DNA from: Raillietiella orientalis
Taxonomy: Eukaryota
Direction: 5' to 3'
NCBI GenBank assembly: GCA_036172245.1
Contig: JAYWIR010000019.1
Coordinates: forward strand, 2,976,001-3,040,000
Length of the DNA stretch: 64,000 nucleotides
The notes below the pieces were generated by a model. It made no database searches and had not been told where the DNA came from. It worked only from the letters and a program-made list of their open reading frames with translations. Below are positions 36,171 through 48,045 of the stretch, piece after piece. A program made the translations under genes and the position numbers. Position 1 is the first letter of the stretch. Each line of letters starts with the position of its first letter.

Positions 36171-39100
36171 TTCCCTCACCTCCCCGTGCCGGAAGCCCTG
36201 ATTCCACCTCGGTCATCTCTTTGGTGTTTTCAAGGAAACCTCACTCTTCGAGATACCATTCTGATTCCTGAATAGGTCTTCCGGCAGCAATCCTTCGGGT
36301 GCACTGCCTCACGGCCACGGATTCACCATAGCCATGCGCACGCGCTACTCCCGAACCAAATCGCTGAGGACTCGATGATCTCCAACTGAAATTTTTTTTC
36401 CCGAAGTTTGGTTTCATTTTTTTTTTTTTTTTTGCATTCGTCAAAGCAGCAAACCTCTGATCCCGTTGAGCGTGGAAAGAGCAGAGGATGCACGCACGAT
36501 GTCTGATGCTGAGAGGAAAATTTCTGTTCCTCCGCACGGGTCCGTCCCATTTCCAGCAGGCTGGTTTCAAAATTCCCTCTTCTTGTGCTGAGGAAGCTGG
36601 GATGCCAATGTTGTGAACGATATCGTTCACAACATTAAAAAAAAAAATTACTTCGCCATGTTGCGTGCGCGTGTGCACGGACACGCAAGCAGCAGCAGAG
36701 ACACCGCTATGCTCACATGGTCGGCAAGCACACGGAATCCTGCACATCAGTGGAAGGGAAATGTGTTTTGACCTAGTGAATCCGGGACTTTACTTGAGAA
36801 TAAATGGAACAGATGAAAACAAAAGGATGGGGACAAGGAGTCTTTGGTATGGTACGCACTGCCGGTTATAGGAAAGAACTCCTTCTTTGCAGTGCGGGAA
36901 CCAGCAGAACACCCTGTTTTCACCGCGATGGGAAAACCTCAGTGTCCACCCGCAAGGGTAGGACCATGAGTTCTTCGGAGTGCACAGAAGGAGGTCTGCA
37001 AGCAGGGAAGGAGGAGGAAGGAGGACAGCGAAGGAGTCTCTTTGCCAGAGAACGAAGAGTGGCGGAAAAGAGTGCACGAACTTTGCAGGCTCGTTCTCCC
37101 AGGCAATCACCACCGTCACGGGTTCGCTTGCATCGCACGGACCGCGAGCGTTAACCAGGTGGACATTCTTCGCCTTCCATGAGAATTCCCCTTCGGTGAA
37201 AGGCCGCTCGGCCTGCAAGTTCCATTCCTCAGGCGAAGACAGGGGAACCGAGTCGAGGTGACTGCTGGTCGCCTGCTTCCAATGAGGCAGCGGCTTCGAG
37301 TGAGCTCATCACCTCGAAAAAGCCGCAGAAATTATCTGGGGGAGTCATCATCGGTTACCTACCCATCATGGTCGACATGGAAGAACTTGAACGGGAAGTG
37401 GACATTCTATTTTCACCAAACAGTGCACTGTTTCCCTCTGGACCTCAAATGCTCAATCAGGTGCACACTTGAGCATACAAGCCAAACATATGTGAATTTC
37501 ATAAAAACACATTATATGCACACATCTAAGGTACTGCATAACTCCGCTTAATGCAGTTCTGATCCTAATTGATTCACTTTAATGCATCGTATTTACGTAC
37601 GTATATGTACAGAGTTTTGCGAACACGTAAATAGGTATTAAATGTATGCATCACGAGAGGTGACGTGCTCCATTTTGCACCTATCTGTTGATAAATAGTG
37701 TAGGTACACGTAAATGGTGAGCTCGTGTAGGTTACACGCTTCCACCACGTCATATTCCGCGTGCTGAAAGTATACGCTGCGTGCATCCACTGCCCACCTA
37801 TCCTGCGTGTGTAAGAACGCTATCGCACATATCTATTTATCCGTTCTGCTCTTGGCATGCGTCCAGAGGCGTTCCGGTCAGGCAGTCAGCTGGGATAGTG
37901 ACGAATTCAACCGGGCATTTGGTGAGAGGATGGCGAAGGGAGCCGTCCACCCTTTCGTGACTTTTCGCTAGGTCGCGGGCGGTTCCAAGAGTGTGGAGAT
38001 CTTCCGTTCGCTCTTGAGATGTGTTCCCGTAGCGCACCAGCCCTGCATAAACAGCTTCACCACCAGGTCCTGGCGCTCGAGTTGAAGAAATCGATTTTCC
38101 TGAGGTGCGTGCGTGTGTGGTGCGTGTGCGTGTGTGTAGATGCGACTCGGTAGCCCACTCCTTTAGAAGCTGTGCTCAGCTTTCGGAAAACTTCCAAGCT
38201 CCTCAAACTTTCGGGATAAATCAAAAAAGAGTTCTGGAAAGAATGCGACAAAGGAAAGAAACGAAGAAGAGGAGGGAATGAAATCGAATACCTGATGAAC
38301 TTCGAAATCACTCTTGCACGAGATAACTGAAATCCTCGGAATCGGAATCGGTGGGTTGCTCCAAGACTGCCGGGCAGCAGCTCCAGGGAATACAAAAGCC
38401 ATGCATTCCAATTTCCAATAGGGGAGAATCCTCGTGTCGTTTCGGGACATTTAGCACAGGCTGGTTGCATAATGAAATTTCGTTACGCAATCATCGCAGA
38501 CACACGGGCAAAACTGCAACAGTGAGATTGCTGAATTATCTAATAGTGGATCGGGAACACAGTGGACCAGGAAGAGGTCTTTCGTGCGAGCCATGGAATG
38601 AGATATTCGGTGTGGATGCATTCCGAGTCGTTGGTTCCTCTCCAGAGGATGCTCCAAGCAGGAAGAACGGAGGAAATCAGGCGCCCGTGCTTTTCTGAAA
38701 CGAGAAATGAGGAGCGCGCCGTAGAACTTTGCTATCATGCAATCCGAGGTCGCAAGTCGAACCGCTAAAGAATTTTTCTCGGATGGATCCAGGCGCTTCC
38801 CTGTTGGCAAGTAAGTGTGCTCTCTCCCTCCGCAGGTTCCTTCCCGCCGACCTCCCCGGTGCACTCTGCTCGATCTTCTGCGGACAGTGCACGTCCCGTT
38901 TCCAGTGATGGTGGTGTTTCTCAAGCCAGGGAACCGCTCAGCTGCTTCCACGGAACCCTTGCAGGCATCCAATTGTCTGAGCTGCGATAGGGCGCTAACT
39001 TGGCGCAGGTTCTCATCCCAAGTCCGTAAAGATCCTGGACTTCAGGAGGGTAAGGCTGTCGATAGGGAGAAGACGCTGGAAGCGTTTGCTGGTAAGAGTC

Positions 39101-40429
39101 GATCGCGAGAGGTAGGGCTCGTTATGGCTCTGCGCGGCAGTCCACCCGGTTCCGCATCGACAAGGAAAATGCGGTTGTTTCTCGACCTTCCTCCTCCTGT
39201 CCGTTTCCACCTCACCCGACTGCAGCAGTTTTCCCAAGTCGGAGATGAAGTTGGAGGATGGTAGCCGATTTGAAATGGCTGCTGGCATCCTGAGGAACGT
39301 GACGGCAGGCCTGCATGCTGTTGCTAAAGACGAGTTTACCGAACGTTCCCGAGTTTATGCGAACGGCCAAATAAGTGTGCTCGGTCCTTTGGAGGCCTTC
39401 CTGAGGGAAATGATTAGCACATGTATTGCTGAGTGCACCGTCATTTTCATTGTGCTGCAGTCTCGTTACTTCCTCGCCGCATTGTGTGGATGGCAATTTG
39501 GTGCGGGACCTGATTACTCCTGCTCCAAATTGAGCTTTTTTTTTTTCTCTCCTCCCCCCTTCTTTCCCCTTCTTTCTTCCTTTCGCTCTCGTGATTATTT
39601 CTGAAATGGAATCAACAGTCCTAGCGAGTGTTTTTGGAAGTCGGGCCAATGGAAACCATGTGATACATGAATACCGAAATGTAAACAAACGTTCGAAAAT
39701 AATTGCTTAATTTTCTTCTCGGTTCTGCTCGGCGAGTTGGATGAGACGGTATTTTGCGGTTATGGGATCGGATTTGTAACAGGATTAGCGTTCCTCTTTG
39801 ACGAGCAGGATTCAGAACAAGCCACGAACAGCCCAGTCTGGTCCTCTGTACGAAACACAGGAGCGTTCCTCCCCTCCCCCCTCCAAAAACAAGCTGCGGG
39901 TCGCTTCCTTCGATCCTGCACGAGAGTCCTAGTGGTCCTGGGTTTTAATGAATTCCTAAAGGAGCCCCCGAATCACTTCCGAGTATTAATGACAATTTCC
40001 TAAAAATCAGCGCTGATGCATGATTTCTTTGGTGGCATCGTTGAATGTATGGATTCCTTTCCCCCTTTTCTGAGATACATCGTCGTTCCTTGAGACATTT
40101 CATTTGCTGCCACGGCCCCACTGATTTTTTGTGGGGACGTAAATTTTCCAGTGCCCGAAGAAGCTCTTCCGATTAGCTTCCGGAGTTTAAGGATCGTTGG
40201 TCTCAAAATGCCATCAACTTGTTCTGCATTATTTCTCTATTTGATGTTACCAAGCTCATCATCTATCTGTTTACTTTTACACTAAGCAGTGGATGAGAAG
40301 AAGTATTAAAAAGAAACCACACATCATCGTCATCGCTCCTTGCAATTTTTAACAATTCTTAGAATATTTAGTTCTGCTACATTCCTACCTACCCTTACAA
40401 CATGCTAGAATACGAATGTTGATGTCCTA

Positions 40430-40680
40430 TGCGTTTATTGCATCCACACCTGGATTCCTCTCCCGAAGATATAATCCTCAACATCATCAAGAAGACCAGA
40501 GGCAGCACAAAAGCATTTTATTCCATGATGAATTAAATGAATTAAATGAAAAAGCGATGATTGAATGCTTTCTTGTTATCTCTTGATGCTAAAAATAGGA
40601 CACTTGCGCGTGCAAGCTGAAACCAGGCATACTGGAGACAAGCAAAAGGTGCAAACAATCGGAGGCTGCAAGGTGATGGG
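40430..40680 (+). mobile_element. Possible remnant of an invertebrate transposon-associated ORF
   Basis: SLDAKNRTLARAS*NQAYWRQA resembles the LPPT.DAL..H..RANYQA.IWRQA motif of a repeated invertebrate ORF family. From recall, unverified. Confidence 0.22.
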
Positions 40681-41615
40681 AGCTGATAAATCAGCCAGCG
40701 TAATGTTCGCTGCACTTTAATAACAACAGTAATAAAAATCACGCCTGAAGCGAACTGAGCATTAATAACTGGGATCAACTAAGAATATTTTTTCCTTTCC
40801 TTCTTAGAAAAAAAGGTTTTTTACACAAGAAGCAGCTGGATAGATTCAGCCATCTTCAGCTTTTTTCCTGGTCAATTGTTCTAGCTGCTTCTCATCTTTA
40901 AAATCCACTTTCGTTCTCCTTCCGCACCTGGCAGATGCCTTCTTTGAGTCGCTGCTGCTGTGAGTGTCTGTCCGCTTATAGAGGGAACTTCTTCATCCTC
41001 TAATGATTCAGCGCAGTTGTCATCTTTGATTTCATTCACGTGACGATGAAGCTTACCATCAGCGGCCTCAGCATCCGCTGCCGCAACAGCTACCTACTGG
41101 CTTTCACAAAGGCAGCCAGTGTCCTCCAATTTAGACGCCCCTCCTCAGCGTGCAATCCTGTTGTAGCCCGTGGTCATCGGAGTTCAGGATTTTTCTTAAA
41201 AAGGCTCTTTCGATGGTTTTCCGCATTCAGGCTGCAGGATTGGCTGCTGCACGTTGCGAGGGGCAGCCCCAGTCTGATCTTTCACAGGTGTTTGGTGCAG
41301 AGAACTGGTCGCAGGTACGAGTCGAATTTTCCTGAAGCCCGCTAAGACAAATACGCTGCCGTGAAACGACTTGGTCGTCTGTTGGGTCGCAGAACTTGAG
41401 GGCAGTCTTTGAACCTCATTAACGCAGCTTCCATTTTTTTTTTTACGATCAGCAAACTGTGTAAGCAACAGAAGAGTCAGTCGCTTGAAAATCTTTTTCC
41501 GCTATCGTCTGTTTATCCGTTTGCTAGAGAGATAAAGAATTCCTTTTACCGGCCAATCAGGTCCTTCGGATCGAATTAGAGGGAGCACCGCAAGAAGAAC
41601 CAATGGACTGTCAGA

Positions 41616-42326
41616 CCTGCGTTAGCGGTCTTGCGGTTGCGGCCTCCGCGCCTGGAGCCAAGCGTGGCGGGTTCGAATTTCCACGTGGAGGATCGACGCC
41701 GAGAACGGGGGATGCGTCGTGGGTTTCGAGTCCTCCCCGCAGGATGACGTTGGTTGGCCTACAGACCACGGGTGCGGCGCCGGTGGAAGCTAAAAACCCC
41801 TCGGATGCCCCTGTTGACTGGCCAGGATTGGAACCGTCCCTCCAGGGTCCCTCCAGGGTCCTTCTGGGAATGCAGGAGCGCCGGTTCCCTTCAGAGTTTT
41901 CTTTCTGTTATTGTGCACACGGAGCCAGTCCATGGGGCTGGGTTGATATCCCCCTCGCCAGAGTGTCAGAAGCGCGCTGCCCCCTTCGGGAAGCGCTCTT
42001 CAGAGAAATTTGGAAGCGCCCCTTCGGGGTTCTCTTCAGAGAAGTACAAGGAGTGATTTCCTCGCAAGGGGCCCCTCCGGAGCGAATGGGAAGAGGATCC
42101 CCTCGGAGTTTCCCTTCGGAGACAACTTTCCCTTCCGGATCATTTCTAAGCATAAGAGGAACAAACCCCATCCTTGGAGCTTTTTTGGATTCATAGGGGT
42201 TGTCCTTCACTCTCCGAGAAGAGTGATACGCACTCTCGAATGGTGTGGACAGTGTTAAAGAGCTTTGTGAGTACCCCCTAAGGAGGTGAAGGGCTCTTCA
42301 GCACTTTGCGAACAAAGAAAAAAAAA
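41616..42326 (+). mobile_element. Family A tRNA-headed SINE-like element, apparently complete (copy D)
   Basis: A-box-like TAGCGGTCTTGCGG, B-box GGGTTCGAAT, structured module, hairpin array, 3' stem-loop and A tail. Flanked by a degenerate TSD: AAGAACCAATGGACTGTCAGA (41595-41615) and AAGAAGCAAAGACTGTCGCA (42327-42346). Confidence 0.85.
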
Positions 42327-44606
42327 AAGAAGCAAAGACTGTCGCAAGGTTAGCCAATGAGCACCTACTATGTGATTGGGTGGAAGCGGGTACTTATTCC
42401 ATTTCTATTCAGATTCTTCTGCGAGGAGCAGGGAGGCGGACCTCACATCAAAATCGACGGAGGAAGGCAAAAACTTGCAGATGTTAGGAGGACCTCAATT
42501 TCGGTCGCTCCAGATGCCACGCTGCCGACGCTTCTCTTAGGGAAGCGTTCGGTTTCAAAGAACTGCACGGCGCTGGAGGAACCGAAATCCGGGCGTTCTT
42601 CCCGCATGCAAATTCTTCAGCGCTGTCCGTCCGTCCGAGGTGGTGAGTTCAGCTAAAAAACCTGTATCGATCAGTTCTGCAAGGACCCCTCAGAAAGAGC
42701 ATTTCCTGTGATCGAGGTCTCAGTCATGTGAAGATCTGATTCGAGCGAGCAGGCAAAGTTCCAAAGAAAGCACTTTCTCAACACTTTTTTTTTTTTTTTT
42801 TTCACCGCAAGTGCGTGCAGGCTGCTCAAGATCCAGGTATGTATCATGTGAGTGTGCCCAATGAAATTCATCTTGAAAAAGCCAATACATTAGAATTGCC
42901 CCAAGCAATCATTAGGAAAATGCAAAAAAGAGAAAGAGTAATAATTCGATAGAAGTCGATCTTCCCTTCAGCCTTTGCAATGCAACAGTCTCAGAAGTGC
43001 ATTCAGATGACCAGAAGTAGGTAATGCTGAAGAAGGGATGAGTGCACCATCAGTGACTTCACTGCATGATCGTGTGCACGTCACTGCGAGCAATAGCGAC
43101 ATGCAAAATCAGTTTCTGCATGGGCGTGCCGGCGAGATGCTCACCCCTTTGCGACCAGACTCTCCAGTTCCTTCGTAAGGAAGCAACTGGAACAGTAAAC
43201 ACAGACATAGTAAGTACATATGTGACGGATGCAAATCACTCTTGTGCAGGGAATTTCCAAGACCTCACCTCCTTTAGATACAAGCGTCCCAGAAAGTGGA
43301 TTGGAATGCGCAGTGAGCTACTATGGAAAAGAAATGTGAAAGCATGCTAGTGGATCATCCATTCTAAAGTAGATAATGGTGCTGTTCAAAGTAGTAACTA
43401 AAGAGGCGCAACCAATATTCAGCAGGGACTTCATTTCTGTTCTGTTTTTGCCGTTCTTCCGACGAAGTGTACACTTGCTAGAGGTTGCATTCCTTTTGAT
43501 ATCCCGATTTTGTTTTGTTTGTGGAGATGAAAAGATTTTACTCAACAGCTATGTCATCATTGTGATTTTCTATTTTTTTTTCTAAGAAAAAGTATTCCGA
43601 TTTTTTCACGCTCTTTGTGCGCGCCACTTTGATTTTTCACGTGTGCTTATTCCCAATGCACCTCTTTTCCGTTCGTGTTCTGCCCGGTTTAAAAGGCTTA
43701 TTCTGAGTTCTGGATAACTGGATTTTCCCTTCGCTCCTCCCGGTTTGGGAAGTGCGTTCATCCTTGGAAGCGTCCTTTTCTACCCTACCATGTAGTTTCG
43801 AAGACCCTCCTTATCCCACATCACTGCTTAATTGTACTGAGGTGTGGGAGTCTGCAATGCCTGTGCTGATGGCAGGCTGTTTATTTGTCGGAGAGAATTA
43901 ATTGATTATTCTCGTACGGAATCAATGTTTTTCCTTAGCCGGCAGGAAACAAAAAGGTAATAAAAAAACTGATGAATTCTCACGTCACGCCTGATGAAAT
44001 GAAACGCGGCTGCAGCTGCCGGTCCATGAAAACGTTGATGGTGAGCATGAGGTGGAGGATCCCATTCCTGCTTCCTTGCTTTCCAGACAAGCACGCGGAC
44101 GGCGGAGGTCACACCTCGGAGGAAAGCATGCCGGTCGCTCATCGGGAGTACTGGAGAAATGAAAGTCAGACGGAATCATGTTTCCCTGCTCACTTTCTCG
44201 TGACAAATGGCGGAGGAGACGATAAATGATGGCTGCTTCCATAGAAATGCCCATCAGGTTTCAAAACACAGAAGAGGAACTTTTTGACGGGAAAACTCGT
44301 GAAGAAACGTGGTGCTCCGTTAATCCCGAATTCAGTCAAAGTTCCATATTCAGATTCAAGCTCCTGATAAGGAAAGGAAGAGGATCGCTGATGATTAATC
44401 TCATACAGCTTCTTCTTTCAAACAAGCACGTAAGCAAGGCAAATTGCTATCCGATTACATGGATTCGTTGGCAAGGTCTGCAGCGACCGTACCGGAAGAG
44501 GCTTGCGGCATGGTATTCTCGGCAAGGGATTTCTTAAGCTGAGAAAGACGCGCTCCTGAAGGACTCAGGCGATACAGCGAGTGACCAAGAGGTGTCAAGA
44601 GATTTT

Positions 44607-44795
44607 CACCCGGTGACGCCGGGGCGTTTATTTTATAAAAGATAAACAAGTTGGGAGTTGGGAGCACAGTTCCCGGGGCAAAAAAAAAAGGAAGTTCGTT
44701 TTGGAGGGTGCACCGACACGCAGGTCGTTTAGTGGGGAAGTCCGGAGCGAAAGCAAGGGGGGCAATAAATAAATAGCAAAAAAAAAAAAAAAAAA
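44607..44795 (+). mobile_element. Family B poly(A)-tailed retroposon end (short element or LINE 3' UTR)
   Basis: CACCCGGTGACGCCGGGGCGTTTATTT start, internal CACGCAGG, then AATAAATAAA and poly(A). Similar to 58950-59135. Confidence 0.55.
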
Positions 44796-46405
44796 TTGAA
44801 AGGACGGGCATAAGGATCTTTGGTATTTGAAGCTCCTTCCTGCTCGGGAACGGGGAGCAGAGTACTGGCGGTCTCCGTCTTGACTTCTTCCTGTAGGTGA
44901 GAAGAAGTCTGCGTAGAGGTGACTGTGATGCGCGCCGCATCTTTCAGCGCATCTTCTTATCACTTTCATTACGGGTATTCGTTTTTTTTTTCCCCTGATG
45001 AGTCGGAGTAGCCGCTTTTCAAGCTTCGTTGTTTTGGGATGAATGTTGGCTCCGTCGCTCTCCATACGCGGCCGATGTCTTGTTGAGTTCTCTAGCCCGT
45101 CCTCACGGCAGCCAAAGAGGGGGAGCCAGGATACAGGCGGATAAGGAAGAGGCGTAGGGCAGGGAGAAAAGCCTTTCTGGATTTTTCGATGAGTTGGTAG
45201 ATCGGGGGCGAAGAGCAAAGAGTACGCGAGAAGCCACTTTTATCGGAGTAGTTCAGATGGAACCATCTCCAGTACATTCATCAGCTCTGCAGGTGGCAAA
45301 AATTCCAGACGAGAGTAAACCAGAGTAACAACTATGAAAACCCACTATGGGGTAAAAACGAATGAGGGGGGCTCACGCGTTTAGGCAGCAGCAGATGCGG
45401 AGAACGGAAAATTCTCCCCTGCATGCAACGACAAGAATAAATGCGGCAAAATCCTCCTCTTTGCGGTTTCTTTAGGAGATGTGGTCTTGCTTGCAAAAAT
45501 CGCCCACAAAAGAAACTGCACGAGGAAGTTGCGTCACTGCTGGTTTCGAGAAAGCTCCACAGTTCTTTAGAAACGGGACAAATTCTTCTCCCATTCGTGT
45601 TTTTTTTTTTTTTGTCTCCTGGACTTTTGAAAAAGTCAGGGATCTAGATCGCGGCTCGTAGTAGACGCAGCTTCCTTTAGGTTATTCGAAAGAGCAAGGC
45701 CAACTGTTGCTGGAGTCCCGTTTATGGTAGAGGAGAGCGCCATGCAGACGAAGGCGTCAGTTGAAAGCTGATGGCTCATGGACTGCAGAAACGACACGGA
45801 GGTTCAATTTGGAATACTTTGGGAGCCTTACTCCATCGCTTCCAAATCTGTAATTTGCGTATGATCTTTTCCCAGCTTCCGAGGTTACGTGGACCTATTT
45901 GCTGCGATTTCACTCATCTGGATAGGGTGACCCACTGGACCTTGATTTCGAATGTTCCAAAGGTGGTCACAATGATTGCTCTTCAAGTAGAATGCTCAGA
46001 CTTTGAAAAGAGCTGACCTTGGACATCCCTTGTAGACAAAGCTCAAGGATTGGGAAAAGGTCTTTCTCAACGATCTTCTCCTTAGAACACCTCAAAGTTC
46101 TTCCTGGAGCATGATTTTTTCTAGAAACGAGTTCGTTTACTGCTCTTAGTGTGCGCTGAGGCGTAGGCTGCTGAAATGTGTTTTTCCGTACGCGACGATT
46201 TTTGGGATGGATTCAGTAACTGAGGGAATGAGAATGAGGGATGACATGCAGATGTCTCAAAGAGCCCAAAGTTCCACGTGAAAGTGGAATCTTCCAAACC
46301 GGTAGCTGACACCAAGGATCTGGCTGCCTCGTCCAGGGCACTGGATGAGACCATGAATTTCTGGCTGCTCGAGACCTTTGGTCGCAGCAAGAGACTGCAC
46401 GAACC

Positions 46406-46940
46406 GGGTTCGGTTCATGATCCCGAATGCCTGAAAGCCCGAAAGTCTCAATCCCGAAAGCGGAATTCCTCGTTTATGGAGGAACTTTCGTTCACTGAGC
46501 GCTGGAAATGACGCGGAAATGAAATACACAGCACAGGAAATTCTGGGAAAAATGCTAGCAATTTTTTTTTTTTTTTTAGAAAAAAGGTGGAAAAAACAAA
46601 ATAAACATAAAAAAAAGCAGAAAAAAAAAAACAAAAATTCAAAAGTCGGTCAGCTCTTGTCGACTACCTCCGTGCCACTGCCCATAATCTGTCCCTTTAA
46701 TACTTTTCCACACGTCAAATTTTCCTTCTTGTTTTTTTTTTTTTGCCTTTTTTATTTTCATTTTCCGCTTTTTCCTTTTTTGAATTGCCAGCATTCTTTC
46801 TCGGGATTTGCTGTGCTGTGCATTCCATTTTCGTGTCATTTCCAGCACTCAATGAACATAATTTCCTCGATAAATGATGAATTCTGCTTTCGGGATTCCG
46901 ATCTTTCGGAATTCGGTCTTTCGGCACTGCTGTGGATCCC
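46406..46940. mobile_element. MITE or foldback element with long imperfect terminal inverted repeats
   Basis: About 46425-46565 is an imperfect reverse complement of about 46783-46928. The A-rich and T-rich inner arms extend the pairing, and CCGAAAG subrepeats lie near both ends. No coding capacity; TSD not evident. Confidence 0.75.
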
Positions 46941-47639
46941 TGCTGTACTTCGGCAGGTTCTGCTTGCACCTCCATCAGACTCGCTGAGGTTTTCGCAGGG
47001 AATTTTCGTTCGCTCGAGTCCCAAGACTTGCGAAAAGGTCAGCTGGGATGCCACCTCGAGGGGTTTTTTGATTTTCTTTTTCTTCGCCTTCCAAATGCAC
47101 AGTGACGCCAGAGCACTGCCAGGAGGGGATCACCTGCCAACCTCGGTGCTCTGCTTGGTCTGCACAAGTATCCTTCTCGCTCCATATCTGTTCGCATCCG
47201 GGGTGAGCGAAAGGGTTGCCGGTTTCTCGAGAGCTATTTATTCGTTCCAGAAATGAAAAATGAGGTTCGCAGGAGCATGAAACTCATTTGTCACCGCTCC
47301 CTGCGTTCCACGGCTCAGGCAAACATTCCTTCGAATGCATTTCTGCAGGAGAACCTCCAATGTCTGCTGCGAACGCAATGCTCGGGAATTCAAATCAGTT
47401 TTTCAGATTAACAATGCACGTGTGGATGCTTCCAGAAATGCATGTAAGGAGATCTTTTATCATGGTATCTATTCATCTATCACGCCAAACGGGAAGACCA
47501 TACCATCGATTCGACAGGAAACGTCCTAGGAGAGGAGCAAGAAATTTTGACGGATCAGCGGTGCAAAGCAACTGGATCGGTGGATGGGGAAGCTTCGGAC
47601 TCACGCTGTCCCGAGTCGCCTTGCTGTCCTCCCTCTCCC

Positions 47640-48045
47640 CGTCAGCCGCGCTTTATTCCGGGAAGTGCTCGGATGCTGCGGGCATCGCCCGAAGTCTCCG
47701 AGTGCGCAGGGCACCCGCCTGGCTTGCCGTAACAAGTGGCTCCAGTAATTTCCAGGAGGGCACAAGTGCTCCCGTCTGAACCCGTCGAACCGGGTCGGTT
47801 TAGTGCATTTCGCACTTGCAGAGGGAAACAAATAACGGCGGAACGCAGGAGCGATTTCGAAAGAGATGTGTCTGCAAGGGACACGTCCAAGTGTTCCTCA
47901 CTGATGGGCTGAAAGTTCGCCCGAAACATCCGCGTCGAAGTCCACGAGATGACGGCCTTTTGGTGACTTTGCTCCAGGGACTCCCACCGGCCTCCCCCCC
48001 CCTTCTTGACTTGGACAGGAAGTCGAGGTCCAACATCGGTCACTC
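47640..48045 (-). mobile_element. Possible L1/Tx1-like ORF2 linker remnant
   Basis: VKKGGGGRWESL (RG.G.WKLN) followed by SQAGALRTRR...SEHF (GA.IRSR...PS.YF). Confidence 0.3.

Noticed and set aside
36750..39430. Further Tx1-like ORF2 fragments (SLCQRTKSGG, GRLLPMRQRL, PVSSDGG)
   Set aside because: Plausible, but the motifs are too short and scattered to support boundaries without a search.
41616..41690. Functional tRNA gene (also at 15.7, 20.0 and 58.8 kb)
   Set aside because: A B-box is present, but there is no consistent cloverleaf or anticodon arm across copies, and each continues into the same repeat body. These are SINE heads.
43981..44010. Hammerhead-like CTGATGA...GAAAC with an upstream GTC
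   Set aside because: Only 3 nt separate the core boxes and only 4 nt are available for stem I, so stems I and II cannot form.
46519..47256. 245-aa ORF
   Set aside because: It runs through the A- and T-rich arms of the foldback element; the K/F-rich translation is an artefact.
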